Source: an uncultured delta proteobacterium
GTDB taxonomy: Bacteria; Myxococcota_A; Polyangia; Polyangiales; CAVUEK01
Assembly (NCBI GenBank): GCA_963740495.1
Contig: CAVUEK010000009.1
Location: forward strand, 80,722-144,721
Length of the DNA: 64,000 nt
Reading direction: 5' to 3'
How positions within the stretch are numbered: the first letter of the stretch is position 1; each line of letters opens with the position of its first letter. Under the pieces are notes generated by a model. That model saw nothing but the letters and a program-made list of their open reading frames with translations. It searched no databases and was not told the DNA's origin. The translations under genes and the position numbers were made by a program. Shown here piece after piece: positions 19,130 to 31,213 of the stretch.

Positions 19130-19579
19130 TCATCTCCGGCGGCCCTGGGAAGGCCGGGCCGCTGTGCAAAGAAGGTCCGTTCGCGCCTTCATGCGTCGCT
19201 CTTCCGTCACGGTCCGGTGATCCATGCCGAGCAGGTGCAGCAGGCCGTGGGCGAGGAGCATGGTCACCTCGTCGACGATCGTCCCGTGCGCCCGAGCGGC
19301 CTGCCGCCGAGCGGTTTCGACCGAGATGACCACGTCGCCGAGCGCGGGCGTCCGCGCCCCCCGACCCTCGTCCAGCGGAAACGCCAGCACATCGGTAGGC
19401 CGGTCGCTCGCACGCCACCTCGCGTTGAGATCTCGAATGGTCGCGTCGTCGCACAAGAGCACCGAGAGCTCTCGGTCGTCGAGCGCGAGCGCCGTGAGCA
19501 TGCGCTCGGCCCGGTGTCGGATGTCGTCGGGTGCGACCGAGCGTCGGGTGAGCCCGCGAGTGCGCAAGAAGACCGGCAC
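19130..19579 (-). CDS. ybeY: rRNA maturation RNase YbeY
   Basis: PTDVLAFP, LGDVVIS, AHGLLHLLGMDH. Confidence 0.95.
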   Translation of the reverse strand: MPVFLRTRGLTRRSVAPDDIRHRAERMLTALALDDRELSVLLCDDATIRDLNARWRASDRPTDVLAFPLDEGRGARTPALGDVVISVETARRQAARAHGTIVDEVTMLLAHGLLHLLGMDHRTVTEERRMKARTDLLCTAARPSQGRRR

Positions 19580-19650
19580 GGCCCGAGCCTACCCCACGCT
19601 CCGAGCGCGCGCGCCCCGAACGCACGCGCTTGCGCTATGCTGCGCGCGGC

Positions 19651-20970
19651 ATGACGGCGACCATCGAGCGCATCCTGATCGTCGGACCGAGCGAGCACGC
19701 TGCGCGCGTCGAGCGCACGTGCCGGCGGCTCGGGCTCGACGTGCTGGTCGCCGGCGGGGACGTGGCGGAGCATCCGCATCGACCCGACCCCGAATCGCTC
19801 GTGCGCACCGCGATCGACGCGGGCGCGAACGCGATTCATCCGGGCCACGTCGCGCCGCGCACGCGCGCCGAGCTCGGCATGTTCGCGCGTGAGGCCGGCC
19901 TCGTGCTCGTGGCTCCGTCGAGCGAGTCGCTCGCGTGCCTCGCGGACAAGACGGTGCTGCGCGCACGCGCCGCGAGCGCCGGCCTGCGAATCATCGAGGG
20001 GTCCGACCCCGTGGCCAGCCCCGACGCAGCGCTCGACGCGGCGGATCGCCTCGGGTACCCGGTGATGCTCAAGCCGGTCGGCGGCGCCGACGGAGTCGGC
20101 GTGAAGCGGTGCCTCGACGCCGACGACCTGCGCGGAGCCTTCGACGCGTCGAGCGAGCAAGCCGGACGGGCGCACGGCGACTCGAGGCTCTATGTCGAGC
20201 GCGCGCTCGATCGACCTAGGCAGCTCGACATCGTCGTCCTCCGAGACTCGACCGGGGCGGCCGCGGCGCTCACCGAGTGCGAATGCAGCGTCCGGAGGCT
20301 GAACCGCGTGCTCATCGCCGAGACGCCGTCACCGTACGTGCTCGCGCTTCCCGACGGCGAGGCTCTGCGCGAGCTGCTCGTCGACCACGCGCTGCGGATC
20401 GCTGCCGAGCTCACGCTGGTCGGCGTCGCCACGATCGAGCTGCTCGTCGACCCCGATGGCCACGTACACTTTCTCGAAGCGAACGCGGACGCGCATCCTT
20501 CGTCGCTCACCACCGAGCTCCTCTCGGGCATCGACGTCCACGAGCTCTCCCTCGTGCTGGCGTGCGGCGGCGAGGTGGGTGATGAAGCGCGGCTGCTCGC
20601 GTACGGTCACGCGTTCGAAGCTCGACTCGTGGCAGAAGACCCGGACGACGCGTTCCGCACGCAGCCCGGCGTCGTCGACGAGATGCGGTTCCCGCCCGCG
20701 CCCCACGGGCGAGTGCGCATCGAGACCACCGTCGAGCCGGGCGAAGCGCCTTCGAACGGCATAGAGGCGCTCGTCGCTCGCATCGGCACCTCGGGTCCCG
20801 TGCGGCACGACGCGCTCCTGTCGCTCGATCGCACCCTCGCCGAGTGCTTCGTCGGTCCGGTCCCGACGAACGCGGAGTTTCTGCGCCGAGTCATCGCCGC
20901 CGAGTCCTTTCGCGCGGGCCAGTACGACGTGACTTTCACCGAGCAGGTGCTCTCGGGCGTCGCGATCTGA
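19651..20970 (+). CDS. biotin carboxylase-like ATP-grasp protein, active site degenerate
   Basis: Colinear with AccC (AIHPG, GYPVMLKP, LYVER, GHAFEARLVAEDP, TNAEFL) but catalytic motifs replaced. Confidence 0.85.
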   Translation: MTATIERILIVGPSEHAARVERTCRRLGLDVLVAGGDVAEHPHRPDPESLVRTAIDAGANAIHPGHVAPRTRAELGMFAREAGLVLVAPSSESLACLADKTVLRARAASAGLRIIEGSDPVASPDAALDAADRLGYPVMLKPVGGADGVGVKRCLDADDLRGAFDASSEQAGRAHGDSRLYVERALDRPRQLDIVVLRDSTGAAAALTECECSVRRLNRVLIAETPSPYVLALPDGEALRELLVDHALRIAAELTLVGVATIELLVDPDGHVHFLEANADAHPSSLTTELLSGIDVHELSLVLACGGEVGDEARLLAYGHAFEARLVAEDPDDAFRTQPGVVDEMRFPPAPHGRVRIETTVEPGEAPSNGIEALVARIGTSGPVRHDALLSLDRTLAECFVGPVPTNAEFLRRVIAAESFRAGQYDVTFTEQVLSGVAI

Positions 20971-21022
20971 TGACGACGATCGCCCGACCGCATCGTCGCG
21001 AGCCCAGGACGACGGGGAGGAG

Positions 21023-21730
21023 ATGAGCAAATCTCGGCGCGGTGACGTGTGGATCCTGCGTGAGGCCCTCGAGCGCGAGCTCTCGCCCTCGACGACGTCG
21101 GCGGTGCTGTTCGAAGCGCTCTCGACGTACGGCTCCGAGGTGCCGAGCTCACCCGACGCGCTCCGCGATTCGGCGCGAACCGCGCTCGGGCCCGCGCTCG
21201 AGAAGCGCGTCGACGCGGAGCTCGCCGCGAACCTCGTCGCCTCGGTGCTCGACGCGCTCGAGGGGTCGGAGCCCGAGATCGTCATCTCGGAGATGCGCTC
21301 GGACCCGCCCGCGTCCTCCCCCAAGAGCCGCGAGTCGACGCAAGCCGTCCCCACGCACCGAAGCCCCGTGCAGGTCTTGGTGATTGCCGGAGGGGACGCG
21401 TTCGAGCGACGGCTCGCGGCCTCGCTCGGTCCGCGACGCGTCGCGCCGTTCAGCGCCGGCAACCTGAAGAACGTCCGTCGTCACCGAACGGCGGCCATCG
21501 TGCTCGTCGACGCGACGGACTTCGCCAGGATCGAGCCCGTCGAGCTCGCGGACGAGCTCGCCGGCCTGCCGGACACGACCGCGCGCGTCATCTGGGGAGC
21601 GGATCTGCCCTACGGGCGCGGGGTGCTCGCAGCGATGCAACAGATCGGCGTCGCGGTGGTGTCGCTCAACCGGCTCGATGGATTCGACCCGTTGCTGGAC
21701 CTGATCCGCTCACGCCGGTCGGAAGACTGA
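21023..21730 (+). CDS. hypothetical protein with C-terminal receiver-like fold
   Basis: SD GGAGGAG; VLVIAGG...IVLVD...VIWGA alpha/beta pattern. Confidence 0.65.
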   Translation: MSKSRRGDVWILREALERELSPSTTSAVLFEALSTYGSEVPSSPDALRDSARTALGPALEKRVDAELAANLVASVLDALEGSEPEIVISEMRSDPPASSPKSRESTQAVPTHRSPVQVLVIAGGDAFERRLAASLGPRRVAPFSAGNLKNVRRHRTAAIVLVDATDFARIEPVELADELAGLPDTTARVIWGADLPYGRGVLAAMQQIGVAVVSLNRLDGFDPLLDLIRSRRSED

Positions 21731-21746
21731 CCCGCTCGGCGCGCGC

Positions 21747-22871
<1,125 letters not shown>

Positions 22872-22974
22872 GTCTTGTCTGCTCCGAGGGTGAGCGTTGA
22901 GCCGAAGCGTCGGCGCGGCAACGGGGAGCCGGCCGGGCGTCCGATGGAGGCCGCGAGCCGTCCCAGCAGCCGCA

Positions 22975-24260
<1,286 letters not shown>

Positions 24261-24291
24261 TGTTCGCTCCTCGCGTCGCTCCGGAGGCTGC

Positions 24292-24321
24292 GGAGTATTC
24301 GGGCGCGGTGGGTGGTGTCAA
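24292..24321 (-). promoter_or_regulatory. sigma70-type promoter of eno
   Basis: Minus strand TTGACA ... AATACT(CC); SD AGGAG before ATG. Confidence 0.55.
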
Positions 24322-24383
24322 CCGGAGCGCTCCGACGAAGGAACGGCTCGCATCGACCGGTTCGACGGAGTAAAACGGCCCCC

Positions 24384-25337
24384 GTGGAGCCGCTTCTTTA
24401 CATCCCGTGGTTCAAGCCGGAGGCGCTCGAGATACCCCTTCCATGGGGTTATTCGCTTCCAATCCAGCCGTTCGGCGTCATCGTCGCCATCGCCGTGCTC
24501 GTGGGCGCGAAGCTCTCGGAGCGCTACGCCAAGCGGAGCGGCGTCTCGCCGCAGGTGATGGGCGATCTCGTCGGGCACATCGTCATCACGGCGTTCGTCT
24601 CCTGCTACTTCCTGAACGGGCTCCTCTACGAGCCTGCGAAGTTCTGGGCGGTCGTCGACAATCCGATCCGCTTGTTCGACTTCAAGAACTACTACCTCGG
24701 GCTGAGCTCGTACGGCGGGTTCGTCGGCGCGGTGCTCGGCCTGCTCATCTGGAAGTGGCGACGCCGCCTGCCGGCGATCGTCGTCGGCGAGTCCGCCGTC
24801 TGGGCGTTCCCGTTCGCCTGGACCATCGGCCGGCTCGCGTGCTTCACCGCGAAGGATCACCCCGGCGTCGTCACCGACTTCTTCCTCGCGGTCGACAACT
24901 ACCACTACGGGCAGCCGGACCACTGGGAGAACGGCGAGCCGGTCTACCCGCCGCGACACGACCTCGGGCTCTACGAGGCGATGTACACGGCGCTCATCGC
25001 GCTGCTGTTCTTTTTTCTCTCGAGGAAGAAAGTCCGCAAGCCCGGCTTCTACTTCGGGCTCTTCCCGATCCTGTACGCGGTCGCACGCTTCCCGCTCGAC
25101 TACCTGCGCGTCGACGACGCGACGTACGGTGGGCTCACCCCGGGACAATGGGGCTCGATCCTCCTGCTCTTCGCGGGGGCGGCGCTCTTCTATTGGACCC
25201 AGACCCACCCGACCCCGGCGCTTCCGAAGAGCGCGCGGTACGACCCCGAGGCCGAGGCCAAGGAACGCGAGAACGAGGCGGAGGCGAGCCGCAAGAAGAG
25301 CTCCAAGAAGCTCCGCAAGGCCAAGAAAAAGAGCTGA
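24384..25337 (+). CDS. lgt: prolipoprotein diacylglyceryl transferase
   Basis: IQPFG, GLSSYGGFVGA, IGRLACF, RHDLGLYE, RFPLDYLR, LTPGQW. Confidence 0.9.
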   Translation: MEPLLYIPWFKPEALEIPLPWGYSLPIQPFGVIVAIAVLVGAKLSERYAKRSGVSPQVMGDLVGHIVITAFVSCYFLNGLLYEPAKFWAVVDNPIRLFDFKNYYLGLSSYGGFVGAVLGLLIWKWRRRLPAIVVGESAVWAFPFAWTIGRLACFTAKDHPGVVTDFFLAVDNYHYGQPDHWENGEPVYPPRHDLGLYEAMYTALIALLFFFLSRKKVRKPGFYFGLFPILYAVARFPLDYLRVDDATYGGLTPGQWGSILLLFAGAALFYWTQTHPTPALPKSARYDPEAEAKERENEAEASRKKSSKKLRKAKKKS

Positions 25338-25423
25338 AAAGCGCGTAGAGAGACGGCTCTCTCGCGCCCGAGCGTCCGGCCCGCGAGCGGTCGAACCGCT
25401 CCCGGGCTATCCTGAGAAGCGAG

Positions 25424-26764
25424 ATGCGCTCTGACGTGCGAGGTGCGTGGGTGGCGGCTCTGGCCTCCCTCGCCGTGCACGCGATGCTCGCGGTCTTCCT
25501 CGTGACGCTGCCGCCGACGAGCTCGCTCGTCGCGCGCGCCGCCGAGGTCGAGATCGATCTCGCCAGCGCGCCGGCGGTGGGCGATGGGGAGACCGGGAGC
25601 GCGCGCGTGGCGCGGGCAGCAGCGCCGGCTCCCGGAGGGGGCACGCCCAGGGAGAACGTGGACGCGCGCGATCGCGGACGCGGCGGCGACCGGAGGGGCG
25701 CAAGCCGCGTGATCGTGCTCTTGCCGCACGCCGACGCGGTCCTCCTGCAGGACAGCCCGATGAACGCGTGGCGCGACGCGCAGACGCAGCGCATCCGCAC
25801 AGCCGACAATCGCGCCTCGCGCGACTCGCGCCGCGCGACGCCGAGCCCCGACGTCGATCCGTTTCTCGCGAGCGGCGACGGCGCGCATCCGGAGCGCCGT
25901 CCCATCGCAGCCACCGATGCGCGCACAGGAGCTCGGGTCGCGCCGCGGGAGAGCGAGCTCGGTCAGACGCGCACCGCAGCGCCCGAGCTGCGGGGGCCGG
26001 AGCTCGCCCGCGCGGAGGGATCGCTCTTCGCGAGCGCGGGTGCCTACGGCACCGACGCCGAGCACTCGCCGCTCGACGCCGCCCATCGGCGGATGCGTCA
26101 GGGGACATCGGTCTCGTCGCCAGGACGCGGCATTCTCGAAGGGCGCGGCGAGCGAGAGAGCGAAGCGGCGCGTGTCGCCCGCGGACGACCGCCGGTGGAC
26201 GAGGGCCCCGCCGCGACGCAGGCGCGGTCGGTGGACGCGCGCATTCGCGACGACCAGGACGCGGAGCTCCTCGCCGCCGAGATGGTGCAGTCGCTCGTCG
26301 AGTCGAGCCCTCGCAGCGGTCCCGACCGTGGGCAAGGCGCGGGCGGGACGGGTGGCGGCGGTGCGCCCGGAACGGGCGGCGGCGCCGCCGAGGGCGGGCG
26401 CGCGCACGCGGTGGGGCCCGGAAGCGGGGAGTATCCCGCGCTCGACACGTCCGACGCGCGATACGTGCGGTGGTACCTCCAGGTCCGCGAGCGGGTCGGC
26501 GAGCACCTCGAGTTTCCTCGCGAGCGCGCGCTCGCGATGGACCAGGGGCTCAGCGTGTACAGCTTCACGGTGAGGCGCGACGGTGCGCTCGTCGGCGAGC
26601 CCGAGCTCGTGCGATTGAGCGGCTTCGCCGATTTCGACACGGCCGGGCGGCGAGCGATCGAGCGAGCCGCGCCGTTCCCGCCGCTGCCACCGGAGCTTGC
26701 CGAGGGCCTCTCCACGCACGCCGTGCGGATGACCGTCGAGCACTCGAACCCGATGGTCCACTGA
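25424..26764 (+). CDS. TonB family protein
   Basis: N-terminal SLAVH TM; C-terminal FTVRRDG...SGFADFD.AGRRAIERAAPFPPLP. Confidence 0.8.
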   Translation: MRSDVRGAWVAALASLAVHAMLAVFLVTLPPTSSLVARAAEVEIDLASAPAVGDGETGSARVARAAAPAPGGGTPRENVDARDRGRGGDRRGASRVIVLLPHADAVLLQDSPMNAWRDAQTQRIRTADNRASRDSRRATPSPDVDPFLASGDGAHPERRPIAATDARTGARVAPRESELGQTRTAAPELRGPELARAEGSLFASAGAYGTDAEHSPLDAAHRRMRQGTSVSSPGRGILEGRGERESEAARVARGRPPVDEGPAATQARSVDARIRDDQDAELLAAEMVQSLVESSPRSGPDRGQGAGGTGGGGAPGTGGGAAEGGRAHAVGPGSGEYPALDTSDARYVRWYLQVRERVGEHLEFPRERALAMDQGLSVYSFTVRRDGALVGEPELVRLSGFADFDTAGRRAIERAAPFPPLPPELAEGLSTHAVRMTVEHSNPMVH

Positions 26765-26822
26765 GCGCTGGCGGCGACGGCCGTCGGCTCAAAACCTGCT
26801 AGCATGCTCGGGTCCATCCCGG

Positions 26823-29285
26823 GTGACGCCGATGACTCTGCTTCGCTTTCAGCGCCTCGCCTGCACGTTCGTCGCGGGCCTCACGCTCGCCTCGTGCGCG
26901 AACGGCTCGGGCGCCCAGATCGCGCCCCTACCGCCGCAGACGGCCGTCGTGGGGATGCTTCTCAGAGTCCCCGTCGACGTGCAGAGCGGCTCGACGTCGA
27001 TGACGATCGGGCTCGAGAGCGATACCCGCGCTACCGCGAGCGGGACCGGCGCGGGAGGCGAAGTGCGATGGACGCCGCTCGCGGCGGAAGTGGGCATGCA
27101 CGAGCTCCACGTGTTGTTGCTCGATGGCGACACCGAGATCGATCGAGAGACGCTCGTCGTGACTGTCACGCCGTCGGCGGACTCGGCTCCGATCTTCGTC
27201 ACGCCGAGCGGTGCCGGCCAGACGTTCGACCTCTCGCGAGACGCGACGGTCCGTTTCGACGTCGACGTTCGCGACGACGACACCAACGACATCACGCTCA
27301 GCGCGACGAGCTTGCCCGAAGGCGCCCGCTTCGATCCCGTCGGGCCGAAGGAAGGCGAGTTCAGCTGGGAGCCCACGCCCGACCAGGTCGAGGCGAGCGA
27401 GCGCTGGACGATCACTCTCCTCGCGGACGACGGCGACCACGAGCCGACACAGAAGCAGTTCATCGTGGTCTTGCGCTCGGGACCTGGGCGCGAGGGTTGC
27501 CCGGGGTCGCCGCCGAGCATCGTGATCGCGGAGCCGTCCGAAGGAGAGCACCGGTCGAACGAGCCCGGTTATACGGTCGCCGTCGACGTGAGCGACGACG
27601 TGGGCCTTCGTGACGCCCCGCTCCTCTACTACGCGACGACACAGCCCGACGACCCCGAGAAGCCCGACATCACCGAGTTCGAGCAGGTCCCGTTCAGCCC
27701 GGATGGCAGCTCGTTCGTCGCGCGGATCCCGTCGCTCGGTCTCGCGACCGGCGCCGAGCAGCAGGTCTGGTACGTGGTCAGCGCCACCGACAACGACGAC
27801 GCCGCCGGGACCTTGTGCGACCACCGCGTCGACAGCGATCTGCACTCGTTCGTCGCCGTCGGTGGCGATGCCTCGGGCGGGCTCGCTCGATGCCAGCACT
27901 GCACGCGGTCGAGCGACTGTACGTCCGGCATCTGCGCGACCGAAGCCGGTGGCGGTCGCTGCCTCGACGCATGCAGCGGCTCGTGCGGCTCGGGGACGTG
28001 CGGAAGCCGCACGACGACGGAGGGCGGCGTCGTGTCCGCGTGCGGACCGGTGAGCACCGTCTGTCTCGGCCGCAGCGACACGTGCACCGACGACACCTAC
28101 GAGCCGAACGACACGCTGAGCAGCGCGGCCACGGCGCCCGACTCGCTGTCCGGTCAGATCTGCTCGGGGGACGACGACTTCTACCGGATCACCACGTCGA
28201 CCGGCACGGACCTGACGGTCACGATCGACGGATTCGTGCACGGCGATGGCGATTCCGATCTCCAGCTCCTCGGGGCGACGGGGACGATCCTCGCGTCGAG
28301 CGCGGGCGTGACAAACAGCGAGAGCGTCCACTACTGCGTGCCCTCGGGTGGCAACGTGTACGCGCGCGTCCTCGGGTACCTCGGCGCGGAGAACCACTAC
28401 GACATGCACGTCCTGCGCTCCGCGGGCAGCTGCTGCCTCGACGACGCCCGCGAGGACGACGACAGTCGCGCGAGCGCACGCACGCTCTCCGGCACCTCGT
28501 TCGACGGCACCATCTGCCCTCGAGACGACGACTACGTCCGTTTCAACGTATCGAGCCCGACGGGCGTGGTGATCACTCTCGTGTTCGACCACTCCATGGG
28601 CGACCTCGACCTCGAGCTCTACGGGCCCAGCGGAACGCTGGTCGCCGCCTCGCGCGGGACGACCGACGAGGAGGACATCACGATGGACCTCTTCGAGACC
28701 GGGACCTACACCATTCGCGTCCTCGGCTACATGGGCGCGCTCGGGGACTACCTCGGCGAGGTTCGCTTCACGAGCTTCAGCGGCTGCACCTCGAGCGCGG
28801 GCTGCCCGAGCGGTCAGGTCTGCGACACCGGCAGCTGTCGCAGCGGTAGCTGCACGAGCTCGAGCACGTGCCCGTCCGGCCACATCTGCCCGACGGCCGG
28901 GCCCGGCGGCGGCGCGAGCACGTGCGGACAGTCGTGCACCGTGAACACCGACTGCAAGGGATCCGAAGCGTGCAAGTGGTTTCCGGAGGGCCGTTACTGC
29001 GGCGCGCGCGGCAGCGGGCTCAACGGCGCGGCGTGCACCAACTTCGCTGCCTGCGGTGGCCAGCGCGCATGCGTCGCGTGGACGGGAGGCTACTGCGCGC
29101 GCGCCGGCTGCGCGCACAACAGCGACTGCGAGACCGGAACGTACTGCGTCAACGTCTCGGGCCAACGCGTGTGCGCGCTCGACTGCTGGGCCGCGGACGA
29201 GATCTGCCGGTTGAGCGGCGGCTACGACTGCAACGTCGCCACGGACACGGACGGCTTGGTCGAATTCGTATGCACGCCCGGGTGA
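26823..29285 (+). CDS. secreted lipoprotein with Ig/cadherin-like, two PPC and Cys-rich domains
   Basis: LASC lipobox; LPEGARF/FSWEP Ig-like repeats; DDTYEPND...DDDFY and DLDLELY PPC motifs; Cys-rich C-terminus. Confidence 0.8.
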   Translation: MTPMTLLRFQRLACTFVAGLTLASCANGSGAQIAPLPPQTAVVGMLLRVPVDVQSGSTSMTIGLESDTRATASGTGAGGEVRWTPLAAEVGMHELHVLLLDGDTEIDRETLVVTVTPSADSAPIFVTPSGAGQTFDLSRDATVRFDVDVRDDDTNDITLSATSLPEGARFDPVGPKEGEFSWEPTPDQVEASERWTITLLADDGDHEPTQKQFIVVLRSGPGREGCPGSPPSIVIAEPSEGEHRSNEPGYTVAVDVSDDVGLRDAPLLYYATTQPDDPEKPDITEFEQVPFSPDGSSFVARIPSLGLATGAEQQVWYVVSATDNDDAAGTLCDHRVDSDLHSFVAVGGDASGGLARCQHCTRSSDCTSGICATEAGGGRCLDACSGSCGSGTCGSRTTTEGGVVSACGPVSTVCLGRSDTCTDDTYEPNDTLSSAATAPDSLSGQICSGDDDFYRITTSTGTDLTVTIDGFVHGDGDSDLQLLGATGTILASSAGVTNSESVHYCVPSGGNVYARVLGYLGAENHYDMHVLRSAGSCCLDDAREDDDSRASARTLSGTSFDGTICPRDDDYVRFNVSSPTGVVITLVFDHSMGDLDLELYGPSGTLVAASRGTTDEEDITMDLFETGTYTIRVLGYMGALGDYLGEVRFTSFSGCTSSAGCPSGQVCDTGSCRSGSCTSSSTCPSGHICPTAGPGGGASTCGQSCTVNTDCKGSEACKWFPEGRYCGARGSGLNGAACTNFAACGGQRACVAWTGGYCARAGCAHNSDCETGTYCVNVSGQRVCALDCWAADEICRLSGGYDCNVATDTDGLVEFVCTPG

Positions 29286-31135
29286 GACCAGTCTCCCTGG
29301 CAGCAGCGGTGGCGCTCTCGACGCTGGCGTGCGGGAGCGATGCACCACCGCCACCGCCGCCCGACGAGCGCCCGATCATCGGCAACGTCGAGGCTCCGAC
29401 CCCGACGCTCGAGGGGAGCCTGCTGCGGGTGACGGGCAGCCGCTTCGAGTTTCTCGGCGACGCGCCGTTTCTCGCGCTCGACGGTCCGGACGGCGGGGAC
29501 GACCTTCCGCTCGAGCGCGCCGGCGCGCCGGGCGAGCTCTTCTTCCGCGTGACGGCGGGTCTCGTCGGGTCGCTCGGCAACGGTCTTCACGCGCTCGACG
29601 GCACGCTCCACGGAGACAACGGGACGAGCGACCCGTACCCGGTCGATCTCGAGATCGCGAGCGAGCTCTCCATCTCGCTCGACGAGGTCCCGTCCGGCCT
29701 CGTCCATCGCAACGACCTCGGCGTCGTGCGCGGCGGCGGGATCCTCGGCGAGGGCGAAGGGACGGTCTACGCGCACTTCGAGGGAACGTTCTCCGCCGAC
29801 GCGGGAGGCAGCGCCGCGGTCGACGTGCGAATTCCGGTCGCCCCCGCGGAGCGCTACGACCGCGAGCGCGGCGTCGTGCGGCTCACGACCGCGATCGGCG
29901 GGCTCGCGACGGGATCGTTCGACGGAACGATCACGCTCGAGTCGGAGCCGGCGTCGGGCGGTACGCTCGCGTCGAGCCCGCTCTCGACCTCGCTCACGTT
30001 CATCGGTCCCGAGCTCTACGCGTTCTCGCCGTCCGAGGTGTACCTCGAGCAGGTCGTCACCGTGCAAGGAGCCGGCTTCCTGGGCGGCCCGGACGAGCCG
30101 GACGAGCTCACGATCGTGCACATCGACGGCACGTTCGAGCCGGAGGACGGCCTGCCCCGCGCGGTCAGCGAGGACCTCGTGCTCGATTGGATCTCGGGCA
30201 CCGAGCTGCGCACGACGATCTCCGCGGAGGTGAGGAGCGCGAGGCTCGTGTCGGCGCTCTTCGGGGCGAGCCGAGGCGTGTTCACCGGCCGCGCTACGCT
30301 CACCGTGGTCAAGGGCGTCGAGGAGCTCTCGAGCACGCCCGTGGACTTCGCGCTCACGCTCGCGGGCATGAAGCAGGTCGTTTGGGTGCAGTTCATCCCG
30401 GGGTTCTACGTGAGCCTCGCGCGCTTCGGGCTGCAGGGCGCCTACGGGCGCATCGAGGAGCTCGTGCGCGAGCGCATGCAATCCATCTACGCCGATTACA
30501 ACGTCGACATCCGCCTCGAACAGCCGACCGACTTCTCCGAGAACGGCTTCGCGCGCGTGGAGGTCGGGGGCCCCGACCCGACCGGGCGCGGGCTCTTCGG
30601 CTACGACAACACGCCGGGCAAGGACGTCTACAACACGCGCCTCTTCGACCGCATCGGTGGCGCGAACTCCGAGCGTCAACAGCAGGACGACGCTCCGGGC
30701 TACGGCGGCGTCTTCGTCGAGTCGTTCCTCTACTTCTCGTCGCACCCCGACCTGCCCGGAACGCCGCCGCTGAGCCGCCCGGATCCGGATCCGCTCTTCG
30801 ACGAGATCTTCAACCCCGTCCGCAGTCGCACGGCGTCGCTCGCGGAGCTCGACGGCGAAGGCGACCCCGCGCGCGTCGACGCCGTGCAGCGCGCGTTCCA
30901 CGCCCTCGCGTCGATGATCGGCGAGACCACCGCGCACGAGCTCGGCCACAGCCTCGGCCTCGCGAATCCTCGCGGCTCGCCCACGTCGTTCCACAACGCC
31001 ACCGACGATCCCGGCTGCCTCATGGACAACGGCGGCAACCGCACCATCGCGGAGCGCACCGACCAACCCGGCGCCGAGCCCACCCACCTCTGCCACGACG
31101 CGCCCAGCTACCTCGCCGAGATCATGCCGCGCTGA
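29282..31135 (+). CDS. lipoprotein zinc metallopeptidase with IPT/TIG-like N-terminal domains
   Basis: TLAC lipobox; HELGHSLGL; CLMD Met-turn; GTG overlaps the upstream stop. Confidence 0.78.
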   Translation: MRPVSLAAAVALSTLACGSDAPPPPPPDERPIIGNVEAPTPTLEGSLLRVTGSRFEFLGDAPFLALDGPDGGDDLPLERAGAPGELFFRVTAGLVGSLGNGLHALDGTLHGDNGTSDPYPVDLEIASELSISLDEVPSGLVHRNDLGVVRGGGILGEGEGTVYAHFEGTFSADAGGSAAVDVRIPVAPAERYDRERGVVRLTTAIGGLATGSFDGTITLESEPASGGTLASSPLSTSLTFIGPELYAFSPSEVYLEQVVTVQGAGFLGGPDEPDELTIVHIDGTFEPEDGLPRAVSEDLVLDWISGTELRTTISAEVRSARLVSALFGASRGVFTGRATLTVVKGVEELSSTPVDFALTLAGMKQVVWVQFIPGFYVSLARFGLQGAYGRIEELVRERMQSIYADYNVDIRLEQPTDFSENGFARVEVGGPDPTGRGLFGYDNTPGKDVYNTRLFDRIGGANSERQQQDDAPGYGGVFVESFLYFSSHPDLPGTPPLSRPDPDPLFDEIFNPVRSRTASLAELDGEGDPARVDAVQRAFHALASMIGETTAHELGHSLGLANPRGSPTSFHNATDDPGCLMDNGGNRTIAERTDQPGAEPTHLCHDAPSYLAEIMPR

Positions 31136-31178
31136 GAGCGCGAGCTCGTGCTCGGGAGCCCGGCGCGAGGCCAGCCAA

Positions 31179-31207
31179 TTGACCGATCCGGGCCTCGGGC
31201 ATAGGTT
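31179..31207 (+). promoter_or_regulatory. sigma70-type promoter, probably leaderless
   Basis: TTGACC-17bp-TAGGTT, GTG start 6 nt downstream. Confidence 0.65.
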
Positions 31208-31213
31208 GCCGAC

